NCBI GenBank assembly: GCA_965213705.1
Contig: OZ243913.1
Location: forward strand, 1-64,000
Direction: 5' to 3'
From: Trueperaceae bacterium
GTDB taxonomy: Bacteria; Deinococcota; Deinococci; Deinococcales; Trueperaceae
Length of the DNA: 64,000 nucleotides
Each line of letters starts with the position of its first letter. The first letter of the stretch is position 1. Positions 1-8,815 of the stretch are shown one piece after another. The translations under genes and the position numbers were made by a program. A model generated the notes under the pieces. The model had not been told where the DNA came from. It did no database searches and worked only from the letters and a program-made list of their open reading frames with translations.

Positions 1-255
1 TTTTTTGAGCCATTTCGCTATTGTGGTGCGGGACACGCCGAATGTTCTGGTCAGCCCACGCATACTAGAGCGCTCCTGATACGACTTCAGTATCTCATCT
101 TTCTTCGCTTCGCTGTACCCTTTAGTGCTCGCGTTCTCGCGACTGGACTTGCCGCACGCTCGACACAGGTACTTTTGCTTGCCGTTTGGTGCATGACCGT
201 TCTTGACAAGCTCTTCGCTCTCGCAGTGGCAGCAACGTACAACTTTGGTGACCAT
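1..255 (-). CDS. insA: IS1-family transposase InsA (zinc ribbon + HTH), truncated by window edge
   Basis: Not in the ORF track. Manual translation: MVTKVVRCCHCESEELVKNGHAPNGKQKYLCRACGKSSRE...ERSSMRGLTRTFGVSRTTIAKWLKK. It has the CxxC..KNG..G.Q.Y.CxxC ribbon and an HTH, and ends in the A-run where IS1 elements frameshift. Confidence 0.9.
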   Translation of the reverse strand, partial: MVTKVVRCCHCESEELVKNGHAPNGKQKYLCRACGKSSRENASTKGYSEAKKDEILKSYQERSSMRGLTRTFGVSRTTIAKWLKK

Positions 256-289
256 TCCTTAGCTTATCAGTCTTTGCTAAACCACTACC
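1..289 (-). mobile_element. IS1-family insertion sequence, left end (continues beyond window start)
   Basis: The minus strand begins GGTAGTGGTTTAGC at 289, an IS1-type GGTA terminus, and an InsA-like ORF follows 34 nt later. Base composition is lower GC than the neighbours. Confidence 0.85.
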
Positions 290-375
290 AAGAAATGAAC
301 CGCGAGGGTTTGAGACGGCCCGCCTCCGACCTTGCCCCGCTTTTGGTGTTACCGCTCACAGTGCCGCTGTCCGCA

Positions 376-1752
376 TCAGCTGGAACTGTCGCCCCGAGCA
401 AACCGCTTTTGGTACCAGTTCATGAGCGGCGTGACCGACACGCCGTGGACGAACGAGCTGGCGGCGATGGTGACGAGCGTCAGCGACAGCACCTTGTAAG
501 CTACCCCGTCGGGCAGCCCGTGGTTCTCGGCGTACATGAGGTAGTAAACCGAGCCGATGCCGCGGATGCCGAACCAGGCAATAAACCCTTCGCGCACGTC
601 GTCGGTGTGCGAACCCAGCAACCCGACCCACACCGCGAGCGGGCGGATGACCAAAAACATCAGCGGCACGAACCACAGCGCCTCCCACCCCCACTCGGCG
701 TAGTACAGCAGTGCGCCCACGAGGACGACCATCGCCACCGCGCCGATGCGCTCGAACTGCTCGGTAAACCCCAGCACCGCCGAAGCCATGTAGGCCGGGG
801 CTTTTTCGGGGTCGACCGCCATCTCCTCGCCCTGGCCTTGCTGCGCGGCCGCGGCGACCTCCGCGCTGGCTGCGGCGCTCTCCTCGTCGGCCATACTCTC
901 GTCTACGCCGTTTTCGTTCAGACCCTTTTCATTTGCGTAGTGACGCTCGACCGCCCGCAGCGCCAGACCCGCCGCGAACGCCGCCAGAAAAGCGTAGGTG
1001 TGCACCCACAGCGCCAAGCCGTAGGACAAAAAAACGAGCCCGAGCGCCAGAAAGTCGTCGAGCCCCACCGCCTCCCGGTGCTCTTTGCGCAGGTAAACCA
1101 CAAGCCGACCTGTCGCCGCCCCCAACAGCGCGCCGACCGCCAAGCCGCCCAGGATGGCCCAGAAGACGTCGAAAACGAGCCAGCGCCAGCCGTACTCGCC
1201 GAGTTCGCGAAGACCTAACAGCCCCAACCCCAGCATCACAAAAGGAAACGCCGTGCCGTCGTTAAAACCGGCCTCGCCGGTAAGCGCGAAACGCAGTTGG
1301 TCGCTGTCGCCCGGGTCCTCGAGCTGCACGTCCGAGGCCAGCACCGGGTCGGTGGGCGCGAGCACCGCGCCCAGGATGACCGCGCCGCCCAGCGGCAGCC
1401 CGAGCAGCCAAACCCCCACGCCGGTAATGAGCGCGACCGTCACGGTCATGGACACGAAAGCGAGCAGCAGGGGCAGCCGCCAGCGAGCGTCGCGGAAGGG
1501 AATACGCATCTTCAGCCCGGCCGCGAACAGCGACAACACCACGACCGTCTCGGACAAGCGCTCGATAAATTTCACCGTGCCCTCGCCGAGCGGTTCTATA
1601 GTCAACATCCCCAAACCGAGCGGACCCACAAGCAAACCCGTCGCCAGGTAGAGCAGCGACGCCGACAGGGGCAAGCGCTTCAGCACGGACCCCGCCAAGG
1701 CCATAAAAGTGAGCAGCAGGCCCACGACGATAAACCAGACGTAAAACCCCAT
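376..1752 (-). CDS. CPA1/NhaP-type cation:proton antiporter
   Basis: Polytopic membrane protein with LAPTDPVLA, GEAGFNDG and WFGIRGIGS motifs. Confidence 0.9.
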   Translation of the reverse strand: MGFYVWFIVVGLLLTFMALAGSVLKRLPLSASLLYLATGLLVGPLGLGMLTIEPLGEGTVKFIERLSETVVVLSLFAAGLKMRIPFRDARWRLPLLLAFVSMTVTVALITGVGVWLLGLPLGGAVILGAVLAPTDPVLASDVQLEDPGDSDQLRFALTGEAGFNDGTAFPFVMLGLGLLGLRELGEYGWRWLVFDVFWAILGGLAVGALLGAATGRLVVYLRKEHREAVGLDDFLALGLVFLSYGLALWVHTYAFLAAFAAGLALRAVERHYANEKGLNENGVDESMADEESAAASAEVAAAAQQGQGEEMAVDPEKAPAYMASAVLGFTEQFERIGAVAMVVLVGALLYYAEWGWEALWFVPLMFLVIRPLAVWVGLLGSHTDDVREGFIAWFGIRGIGSVYYLMYAENHGLPDGVAYKVLSLTLVTIAASSFVHGVSVTPLMNWYQKRFARGDSSS

Positions 1753-2138
1753 CAGCCGTTCCTAAAACCGGGCTCGAGCCGGGGTCGAACGGCGCTGAAA
1801 ACCACCCTTGCGAACCTCGTCCGCAGACCGTGTTCGGTTTTCGTGTTGAACGGGTTGAGCGGCGTTGCTACGGTTGAAATAGTCACGGTTGGAGCGTTCA
1901 TTGCTTACTTTAACCCTGCAACCGGCAGGTGACTGAGTAACTTTCGCTGCCATCGCGAGGTTTCCACTTCGTCGAGTAACGCCTTAGCGAGCATGTTGTT
2001 TGTCTCGAGGGTCGAAACCCCGCACAAGCCGCGAGACTCGACCAAAATCACGGCGCGAAGCCCGCCGCCAGTGGGAATGGTAAGGTAATTCCGGATGAAC
2101 TTTTGCACTGGCTTTTGCACCGGCATAAAGGAGGCAAC

Positions 2139-2597
2139 ATGAAACGCTACTTTCTCGTTCTCTCGGCTTTGCTGTTTTTTGTGACGGCGGCGGCGCAAGC
2201 GCCCGCAGGGCTGGTCGTTTTGCAGAGCGCGACCGACATAGAGACGACCCAGGCCAAGCTCGAGGCGGCCATCTCAGCCGCCGACGGGCTCAACGTCATG
2301 ACGGTTATCGACCACGCGGCGAACGCGGCGAGTGTGGGCTTAGACCTGCGCCCGACCCGTGTGGTTTTGTTCGGCAACCCGAACGCGGGCACGCCGCTGA
2401 TGCAGGCCGCGCAGTCGGTCGCTATCGACCTACCCCAAAAGATGCTGCTTTGGGAAGACGAGGTCGGCGACGTGTTCGTGGCCTACAACAACCCCTACTA
2501 CCTCAAAGCGCGCCACAACGTCGCAGGGCAGGACGAGGTTTTAGCTAACATCGCCGCCGCACTCGACAGGCTCGCCAAAGCCGCGACGGCACCGTAA
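2139..2597 (+). CDS. DUF302-family secreted protein
   Basis: SD AAGGAGG precedes ATG 2139. Signal peptide, then IDHAANA, LFGNPNAGTPLMQ and IDLPQKMLLWED motifs. Confidence 0.85.
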   Translation: MKRYFLVLSALLFFVTAAAQAPAGLVVLQSATDIETTQAKLEAAISAADGLNVMTVIDHAANAASVGLDLRPTRVVLFGNPNAGTPLMQAAQSVAIDLPQKMLLWEDEVGDVFVAYNNPYYLKARHNVAGQDEVLANIAAALDRLAKAATAP

Positions 2598-2693
2598 AGA
2601 GCGTGGGAGCAGCTGAGCGGAGAAACTAGCTCCTCCGCTCAGCTCTCCGTCCTCAAAGAAAACACCCCAACCCGCCGCGTGGTAGCTTGACCT

Positions 2694-3419
2694 ATGGCTT
2701 TTTTCCGTCGCCACCGGGCTTACCTCGTCCACGTCTACACCGCCTCGACGCTCGTGTTCGTGGTCTTGGGGATGGAGTGGGTGCTGAGCGGCGACTACGG
2801 TCTCGCCCTCGGCATGATGGCGATAACGATTCTCATCGACGCGACCGACGGCCTGTTGGCGCGGCGTTTCCGGGTCAAGGAGACGGCGAGCGGCGTGGAC
2901 GGCGCGCTGCTGGACAACATCGTCGACTTTTTGAGCTACGTGGCCCTGCCGATGCTGTTTTTGCTCCGGGCGGAGATGTTGCTGCCGCCGGTCACGCTGT
3001 GGGTATCGTTCGTCATGTTCGCGAGCGCTTTCGGCTTTTCGCGCACCACGGCCAAACTGGCCGACAAGGGCTTTTTTGTGGGGTTCCCGTCGTACTGGAA
3101 CATCCTCGTGTTTTACCTCTATTCGCTAGCAAGTCCGGCACCGCTCAACACGCTGCTCGTCGTCGTGCTGTCGCTGCTGGTTTTCGTGCCGGTGCGGTTT
3201 TTGTACGTGAGCCGCTTGTCCAAAGGGCGCACGCTGCACTTTGCACTCGGAACGGTGTGGGGTTTGTTTTGCCTCGTCGCGCTGTTCTTACCAGTGAGCG
3301 AGTTCCGGACGAACCTGCTCTACTTGTCGCTCGCTTATCCAGTTTTTTACACAGCCCACTCGCTTTTGCTCGACTTGAAAGAGCGTCAACCGGAGTTGCT
3401 GGCGCGGCTCGGGCTGTGA
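2694..3419 (+). CDS. pcs: Phosphatidylcholine synthase-like CDP-alcohol phosphatidyltransferase
   Basis: DATDGLLARRFRVKE...DGALLDNIVDFLSYV (Pcs-type spacing of the CDP-alcohol motif) and FVGFPSYWN. Highly hydrophobic. Confidence 0.75.
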   Translation: MAFFRRHRAYLVHVYTASTLVFVVLGMEWVLSGDYGLALGMMAITILIDATDGLLARRFRVKETASGVDGALLDNIVDFLSYVALPMLFLLRAEMLLPPVTLWVSFVMFASAFGFSRTTAKLADKGFFVGFPSYWNILVFYLYSLASPAPLNTLLVVVLSLLVFVPVRFLYVSRLSKGRTLHFALGTVWGLFCLVALFLPVSEFRTNLLYLSLAYPVFYTAHSLLLDLKERQPELLARLGL

Positions 3420-4252
3420 GCCAGCTCCGCCCTCGCCGCCGCGAACATCACCCCTAGCGGGGCCGCGCACGCCGTCCAGCGCCGAAACGCCTCCGCGCCC
3501 TGGTAGACGAGCATCGGGAGGCCGTTTTGGGTTGCCAACCCGGCGGCAGCCGCGTCTTGCAACAGCCGCGTGCGCTCGGGCCGGTAAACGAGGTCGCAGA
3601 CAAACCCGTTCTGGGGCAACACGCCCTCCGGCAGTGGCGACAAGTTGGGGTTCACGCCGCCCCGCTCCATCCCGACCGAGGTCGTGTTGACGAGCAGGTG
3701 CGCGCGCCGCACCGCCTCCGGCAAAGCTGCCTCACCCAAGACCTCTATCCGGCCCGAAGCCCCAAAGTCGGCGGCGAGGGCGTGGGCTTTTTCAGGCGTT
3801 CGGTTGTAAACCTGCACAAGGTCCACACCCGCGCTCAATAAGGCGTACACGACCGCCCTGGCCGCCCCGCCCGCACCGAGCACCACGGGGGCGGTACCTT
3901 TTACCTCGAGCCCGGCGGCTTCGCGGAGCGCCCGCAAAAAGCCGAGCGCGTCGGTGTTGTGGCCCAGCAACTCACCCGCCCGGTTCACGACGGTGTTGAC
4001 GGCCCCGACGGCCTCGGCGGTTTTCGTGAGCACGTCCATCAGCGGCAAAACGTCGAGCTTGTGGGGAATGGTTACGTTCGCGCCGAGAACGCCCGGCGCG
4101 CGCAGGGCGGCGACAGCCTCGGCCAGGTCGCCGGGCGCGACGTCGCGCGCTTCGTAACGAGCCGCTACGCCCGACGCCGCAAAAGCGGCGTTGTGCATGG
4201 CGGGGCTTACAGAGTGCCCGGCCGGGTGGGCCAGCAGGTAAACCCGCTTCAC
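3386..4252 (-). CDS. aroE: Shikimate dehydrogenase
   Basis: HSVSPAMHN, GANVTIPHK, GAVNT, NTD, GAGGAARA and MLVYQGAEAF motifs. Confidence 0.95.
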   Translation of the reverse strand: MKRVYLLAHPAGHSVSPAMHNAAFAASGVAARYEARDVAPGDLAEAVAALRAPGVLGANVTIPHKLDVLPLMDVLTKTAEAVGAVNTVVNRAGELLGHNTDALGFLRALREAAGLEVKGTAPVVLGAGGAARAVVYALLSAGVDLVQVYNRTPEKAHALAADFGASGRIEVLGEAALPEAVRRAHLLVNTTSVGMERGGVNPNLSPLPEGVLPQNGFVCDLVYRPERTRLLQDAAAAGLATQNGLPMLVYQGAEAFRRWTACAAPLGVMFAAARAELAHSPSRASNSG

Positions 4253-4264
4253 GCACCCACCGGT

Positions 4265-5299
4265 TTAAGCACCTACGGTGCGGCGCTCGAGCAGTTCGGC
4301 GAGCACCTCCAGCGTCTTGTCGACGTCCTCGTCACCGACTTCGTAGTGCGTGACGAGTCGAATCGTCGTCGGCGTCATCGCGTTGCTGAGGACGCCCGCG
4401 TCCTTCAGGGCAGCGGCGAGAGCGGGCGCGTCCGGCACGGTGAAGTAAACCATGTTGGTCTGGACGGTGTCCAAGTCGAGGGTGACGCCGGGTAAACGGG
4501 CCAACCCTTCGGCCAAACGGCGCGCCCGGGCGTGGTCCTCGGTCAGGCGCTCGGTCATGGTCTCGAGGGCGACGATGCCCGCCGCGGCCAACACGCCCGC
4601 CTGCCGCATCCCACCGCCGAGCATTTTGCGGTAGCGGTGCGCGCGCCCGATAAACTCCGTTGAGCCCAACAGAACCGTCCCCACCGGAGCCGCCAGGCCC
4701 TTGCTGAGGCACAGCGAAGCCGAGTCGAAGGGCGCGCAGAGTTCGGCTATCGGCACACCCAGCGCCGCGGCGGCGTTGAAGGCCCTGGCCCCGTCCAAGT
4801 GCAGCGGCAAACCCTCCTCGCGGGCAACCTGCGCAATTTCCCGGCAGCGCTCTAAGGGGACGACGGTGCCGCCCGCCTTGTTGTGAGTGTTCTCTAAAAC
4901 GACAAGTCCGGTCGGGGCCTGGTGGACGCTATGGTGGACGGCGGCGCGAACGTCCGCCGCCTCGGGCACACCCTGTGGTGCAGGCACGAGCCGCGCCACC
5001 AGTCCGCTCACCACGGCGAACGCACCGATTTCGTACTCATAGATGTGCGCGCCCTCGGGCGCGATGACCTCGTCGCCGCGGCCCGTGTGGGTCGCCAAGG
5101 CAACTTGGTTGCTCATGCTGCCGGTCGGCATGAACAAGCCCGCTTCGAACCCGGCGCGCTCGGCCAGCATCTCTTGCAGACGGTTCAGCGTCGGGTCTTC
5201 TCCGTAAACGTCGTCGCCGACCACGGCCTCGGCCATCGCGCGGCGCATCTCGGGGGTCGGGCGGGTCACGGTGTCTGAACGGAGGTCGATAGGGTGCAT
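4265..5299 (-). CDS. ltaE: Low-specificity L-threonine aldolase
   Basis: [35 protein letters not shown] and GGGMRQAG motifs. Confidence 0.95.
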   Translation of the reverse strand: MHPIDLRSDTVTRPTPEMRRAMAEAVVGDDVYGEDPTLNRLQEMLAERAGFEAGLFMPTGSMSNQVALATHTGRGDEVIAPEGAHIYEYEIGAFAVVSGLVARLVPAPQGVPEAADVRAAVHHSVHQAPTGLVVLENTHNKAGGTVVPLERCREIAQVAREEGLPLHLDGARAFNAAAALGVPIAELCAPFDSASLCLSKGLAAPVGTVLLGSTEFIGRAHRYRKMLGGGMRQAGVLAAAGIVALETMTERLTEDHARARRLAEGLARLPGVTLDLDTVQTNMVYFTVPDAPALAAALKDAGVLSNAMTPTTIRLVTHYEVGDEDVDKTLEVLAELLERRTVGA

Positions 5300-5334
5300 A
5301 GCTTATTCTAACGCGCCCGCACGCCCACGCACAA

Positions 5335-5363
5335 AAAGGAGGACTTCTGAGAAGTCCTCCTTT
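5335..5363 (-). terminator. Intrinsic terminator of the TPR-SPOR-rex-lipoprotein operon
   Basis: AAAGGAGGACTTC-TGA-GAAGTCCTCCTTT perfect stem with a T-run on the minus strand, just after the 5386 stop. Confidence 0.8.
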
Positions 5364-5385
5364 GCAAACCCGTTTTTATTCGGCG

Positions 5386-6435
5386 TTAGGGTGCTGCAGC
5401 TCCGACGGTGACAGCGACTTGCGCGCTGCTCACGCCTCCGTTCGTGTCACGAATCGTGTAAGAAAAAATGTCTGTGCCCGTGAAACCGGCGTCGGGTGTG
5501 TACTCCACCAAAGCTCCGCCCAACACCGTGGCCGTTCCGTTGGGAGCCGGTGTGACCGCCGTGATAAGAAGCGGGTCGTCGTCGGGGTCGGAGTCGTTGG
5601 CAAGAACATCAATCGTGACCGCTGTGTCGACCGCCGTCACCGCTTCGTCGCCCTCCGCGACGGGGGGTTCGTTGTTGGAAACGTCGAAAGCGTATGACTC
5701 AAACACAGCCTCGTTCACGCCGTTGATTGTAAAAACGGAAAAGGAGTGACGACCGTTGCCCAATTCCGCTGTGTCTATACTCGTGGAGTAGGCAGGAACG
5801 ACGTCACTGGTATAGACTGTTTCGCCGTCCAAAAAAACCTCTAAATACTGAATGCCGCTTTCAGGGTCGGATACCGAGGCAGTCAAAGAGACATTGCCTT
5901 TCTGTTGTCCTTGCGGTACCGTAGCTCGGACAACAGGCAAGCTGCCGTCCACTTGAACAGCTGCTTTGTAAAGCGCGTTGTCCTGACCCTTGTCGTCGGT
6001 GGCGATAACCTCCAGCTCGGCCGGGACCAACCCCGTTTTGGCACCTTGAAAGGGAACCACAAAGGTAAAAGGATTGCGGAAAATTTCCTCGTCCACGTCG
6101 GCGCTCAGGGTATTTCGCCAGACTTCGCTATAGACGGTATCGCCGACACTGTTCCGCCCACCCTGCCGCAAGATGAGCGTAACGCTCATCACCTGCCGCT
6201 CGTCGGAGGAGGTTATCTCTACGGGCACCCTGTTGGCCGCGACGGTGTTGCTGTTGGGGTCGTACTGCTGCGTTGCCGGGGCCAAGATGACGCCGCCCGA
6301 AGGCTTGCGCGACTCGAGCCCGTTAATAGTCGCCACCGACACCTGGGGCGCGGTGTCCGGAACAATCTCGAGGGCGCTGTTGCAAGCGCTCAGAACGACA
6401 GCCAAGGCTGTTAGGAGAAAAATTTTAAGCCACAT
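5386..6435 (-). CDS. Lipoprotein with Ig-like/cadherin-like (Big_9-type) domains
   Basis: Lipobox LSAC. C-terminal NEPPVAEGD...IDVLANDSDPD...YTPDAGFTGTDIFSYTI repeat signature. Confidence 0.8.
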   Translation of the reverse strand: MWLKIFLLTALAVVLSACNSALEIVPDTAPQVSVATINGLESRKPSGGVILAPATQQYDPNSNTVAANRVPVEITSSDERQVMSVTLILRQGGRNSVGDTVYSEVWRNTLSADVDEEIFRNPFTFVVPFQGAKTGLVPAELEVIATDDKGQDNALYKAAVQVDGSLPVVRATVPQGQQKGNVSLTASVSDPESGIQYLEVFLDGETVYTSDVVPAYSTSIDTAELGNGRHSFSVFTINGVNEAVFESYAFDVSNNEPPVAEGDEAVTAVDTAVTIDVLANDSDPDDDPLLITAVTPAPNGTATVLGGALVEYTPDAGFTGTDIFSYTIRDTNGGVSSAQVAVTVGAAAP

Positions 6436-6441
6436 ATTAGT

Positions 6442-7050
6442 TTAGCGCTGCTCTACTGGAACTTGAATAGCCATTCGATAAGGTCCCGAGCGAAAAGCCG
6501 AGTTCAAGTCATCGGTTCCATAAAGGTAGAAATCACCGTATGCGCCAACTGCACCACCCGAAAAAAGAATCTTATAGTCTTCATACGCAATGGTGATAGG
6601 TGTAAAGAAACCGTTCGGCGAAGTCACCAGCGGGCCCCTCGCAAACCTTGCACCCTCAGAATCGAAGCGGCAGCCCAAGTTTTCGCCCCCCACGACCGGC
6701 AGAGGTTGTGTGCAAGTTATACCGGCCGGTACATAGATGTTCAAGGCACCTTGGCTGTTGACGACGCTGTCGCCGGGAAACAGCGGGTTGCCGCTCGAGT
6801 CGTAAAACTCTATTGTATATCCCTCGACCGTCGCGCCGATGGCACCTGCGCGGCTGGCGAAGTTGAGGGTGTGGCTCGGAATAGTGAAGGTTACGACGCC
6901 CGTTTCTCTGTTAAGGGTGTACTGAAAGCCAAGTGGCAAAGGCGAAATGCCCAGGTCGATTTGGGGCTTGTTGTAACCCAAGTTGATTCCGCAGCTCGAG
7001 AGTAGCAGCAGCAAAGCGGCGGCTGTAAACACGTTCCATAATTGTTTCAT
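6442..7050 (-). CDS. Hypothetical lipoprotein
   Basis: Lipobox LSSC. ATGA overlap with rex and an SD inside the end of rex. Confidence 0.75.
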   Translation of the reverse strand: MKQLWNVFTAAALLLLLSSCGINLGYNKPQIDLGISPLPLGFQYTLNRETGVVTFTIPSHTLNFASRAGAIGATVEGYTIEFYDSSGNPLFPGDSVVNSQGALNIYVPAGITCTQPLPVVGGENLGCRFDSEGARFARGPLVTSPNGFFTPITIAYEDYKILFSGGAVGAYGDFYLYGTDDLNSAFRSGPYRMAIQVPVEQR

Positions 7051-7688
7051 GCAAGCTCCTCCTTGAGCTGTGGATTAACAATATAGAACGAAAGCCTCTT
7101 CAAGCCAGCTAAAAAATCCACAGGCTCGACGTGCACGTCGCTGGGCACGTTGATGACCCTGGGGGCGAAGTTGAGGATGCCGCGCACGCCTGCGGCGACG
7201 AGCGCGTCGGCGGCCTCCTGCGCGGCGTCTTGCGGAACCGTCAAAAAGCCGATGTCGACGCCTTTTTCCTTGACGACGCGGGACAGTTCGCGGGTGTGGT
7301 ACACCTCCAAACCGGCGACTGTCTGCCCGACGCGGGCCGGGTCGATGTCAAAGAAAGCCTTGAGTGAAAAATCGTACTGGTCGAAGTTGGGGTAGTGGGC
7401 TATCGCCTCGCCCAACCGGCCCATGCCCAAAATAGCGACGTTCCAGGCCCTGGTGAGGCCCAAAATCCGGCGCAGCTCGCGGCGCAACGTGGGCACGGTG
7501 TAGCCCGCGCCCCGCGTGCCGAAACGACCGAAATAGGCGAGGTCTTTGCGCACCTGGAACGCCGAAACTTGCGCCTCGTCGGCGAGCTGCTCGGAGGACG
7601 TGTTTTTGACGCCCTGCGCTTCCATGTCGCTCAGGATGCGCAGGTATGTCACGAGTCGGCTGATGGTGGCGGTGGGAATCGTCGACAT
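7047..7688 (-). CDS. rex: Redox-sensing transcriptional repressor Rex
   Basis: IPTATISRLVTYLR, QVRKDLAYFGRFGTRGAGY, GMGRLG and GILNFAP motifs. Confidence 0.97.
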   Translation of the reverse strand: MSTIPTATISRLVTYLRILSDMEAQGVKNTSSEQLADEAQVSAFQVRKDLAYFGRFGTRGAGYTVPTLRRELRRILGLTRAWNVAILGMGRLGEAIAHYPNFDQYDFSLKAFFDIDPARVGQTVAGLEVYHTRELSRVVKEKGVDIGFLTVPQDAAQEAADALVAAGVRGILNFAPRVINVPSDVHVEPVDFLAGLKRLSFYIVNPQLKEELA

Positions 7689-8800
7689 CAGTTGCTACGG
7701 ACAAAGTAGTCGATGCCTTGCGCGCCGAGGCGTGACTGGGCGCTGGCAAGTTCGTCGGGGCCGAAAGGCCCGACCAGCAGCTTGACGAACGAGCCCTCGG
7801 TCACCTCGGAAACGTTGAAGCCCAAACTCTCGAGCTGTTCCCGCTGCGGTCGGGCCAATTCCGAGGAGTTGAAAGCGCCCGCTTGCACGTAGCGCTCACC
7901 GCCCGAAGTGTCAAGCGAAGTGTCGGCTTGGCTCGTGTCCGCCGCTGCGGAAGCCGAGGGCGTGGGGACCGCCTCTTCACCGCTCGTCGCAGCAGTTTCG
8001 GTCGCGGCCTCGCCGGCCGTGTCGGGTTCGAACAGTAGGGGGTTGTCTTTCAACCCCTCGCCCTGAATCCGGCTGAACGCGCTCTCGGCCTCGCCCTGCG
8101 TGGCAAAAGGGCCGACGAGCACGAGCGTCAGGGCACCTTGGACGGCCGTAAAGGTGGGAAATCCCGCCTCTTCGAACGTCTGCGCGCGCCGCAGGGCGTT
8201 GTCGGCGTCCCCAAAGCTGTCAATCAAAATACGGTAAGACGACTCGGCGTCCGACGCGGTGGACACTGTTGCGCTCGAGCCGGTCGTACTCGAGCCAGTC
8301 GTACTCGAGCCGGTCGTGGTCGGAGCGGGTGCGACGGGGGCGGTCGCCTCGGCAGACGTCGGCGGGGCCGTCGCGGCGGGGTCTGCAAGCGACGCGTCGC
8401 CGGAACTCGGTATAACCGGAACGCCCGCGTCGTCGGTGTCGGGGGTGCTGTCCGTTCCGTCTAGGGAGGTCGTCTCGATGCTCGGCACTACCGTGTCTTG
8501 CGCAGCAGCGTCCGGCGTCGTGTCCAGCGTGGGGCCTTGTGCTGTGCCTTCTTGTGCGGTGTCCTGGGTTCCCGACTGGGGAGCTAAGTTGCCGGTGGTT
8601 GCGTCGGCAACCCCGGCGCCGGTGTCGGCAGGGGTGTCGGCTTGCGGCGTCGCGCTGGCGGCGGGTGGGGACGCAGGGGTGCGCGACCCCCCGGAGAGAA
8701 ACGAGCCGCCGTTGAGTAAGGTAGCGATGATGCCGGCGATGACCGCTAGCAGCGCGAGTCCGATGAGCAGGTCGGGCCAGTTGCGTCGAATCCAGTCCAT
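7688..8800 (-). CDS. Membrane-anchored protein with low-complexity linker and two SPOR domains
   Basis: N-terminal TM helix, Thr/Ala/Asp-rich linker, then YVQAGAF...LLVGPF and VLVGPF SPOR signatures. Confidence 0.85.
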   Translation of the reverse strand: MDWIRRNWPDLLIGLALLAVIAGIIATLLNGGSFLSGGSRTPASPPAASATPQADTPADTGAGVADATTGNLAPQSGTQDTAQEGTAQGPTLDTTPDAAAQDTVVPSIETTSLDGTDSTPDTDDAGVPVIPSSGDASLADPAATAPPTSAEATAPVAPAPTTTGSSTTGSSTTGSSATVSTASDAESSYRILIDSFGDADNALRRAQTFEEAGFPTFTAVQGALTLVLVGPFATQGEAESAFSRIQGEGLKDNPLLFEPDTAGEAATETAATSGEEAVPTPSASAAADTSQADTSLDTSGGERYVQAGAFNSSELARPQREQLESLGFNVSEVTEGSFVKLLVGPFGPDELASAQSRLGAQGIDYFVRSN

Positions 8801-8815
8801 GCCCGCCAGTTTAAC

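Noticed and set aside
2611..2644. Intrinsic terminator after the DUF302 gene
   Set aside because: A 12-bp stem is present but has no U-tract on either strand, so its function is unclear.
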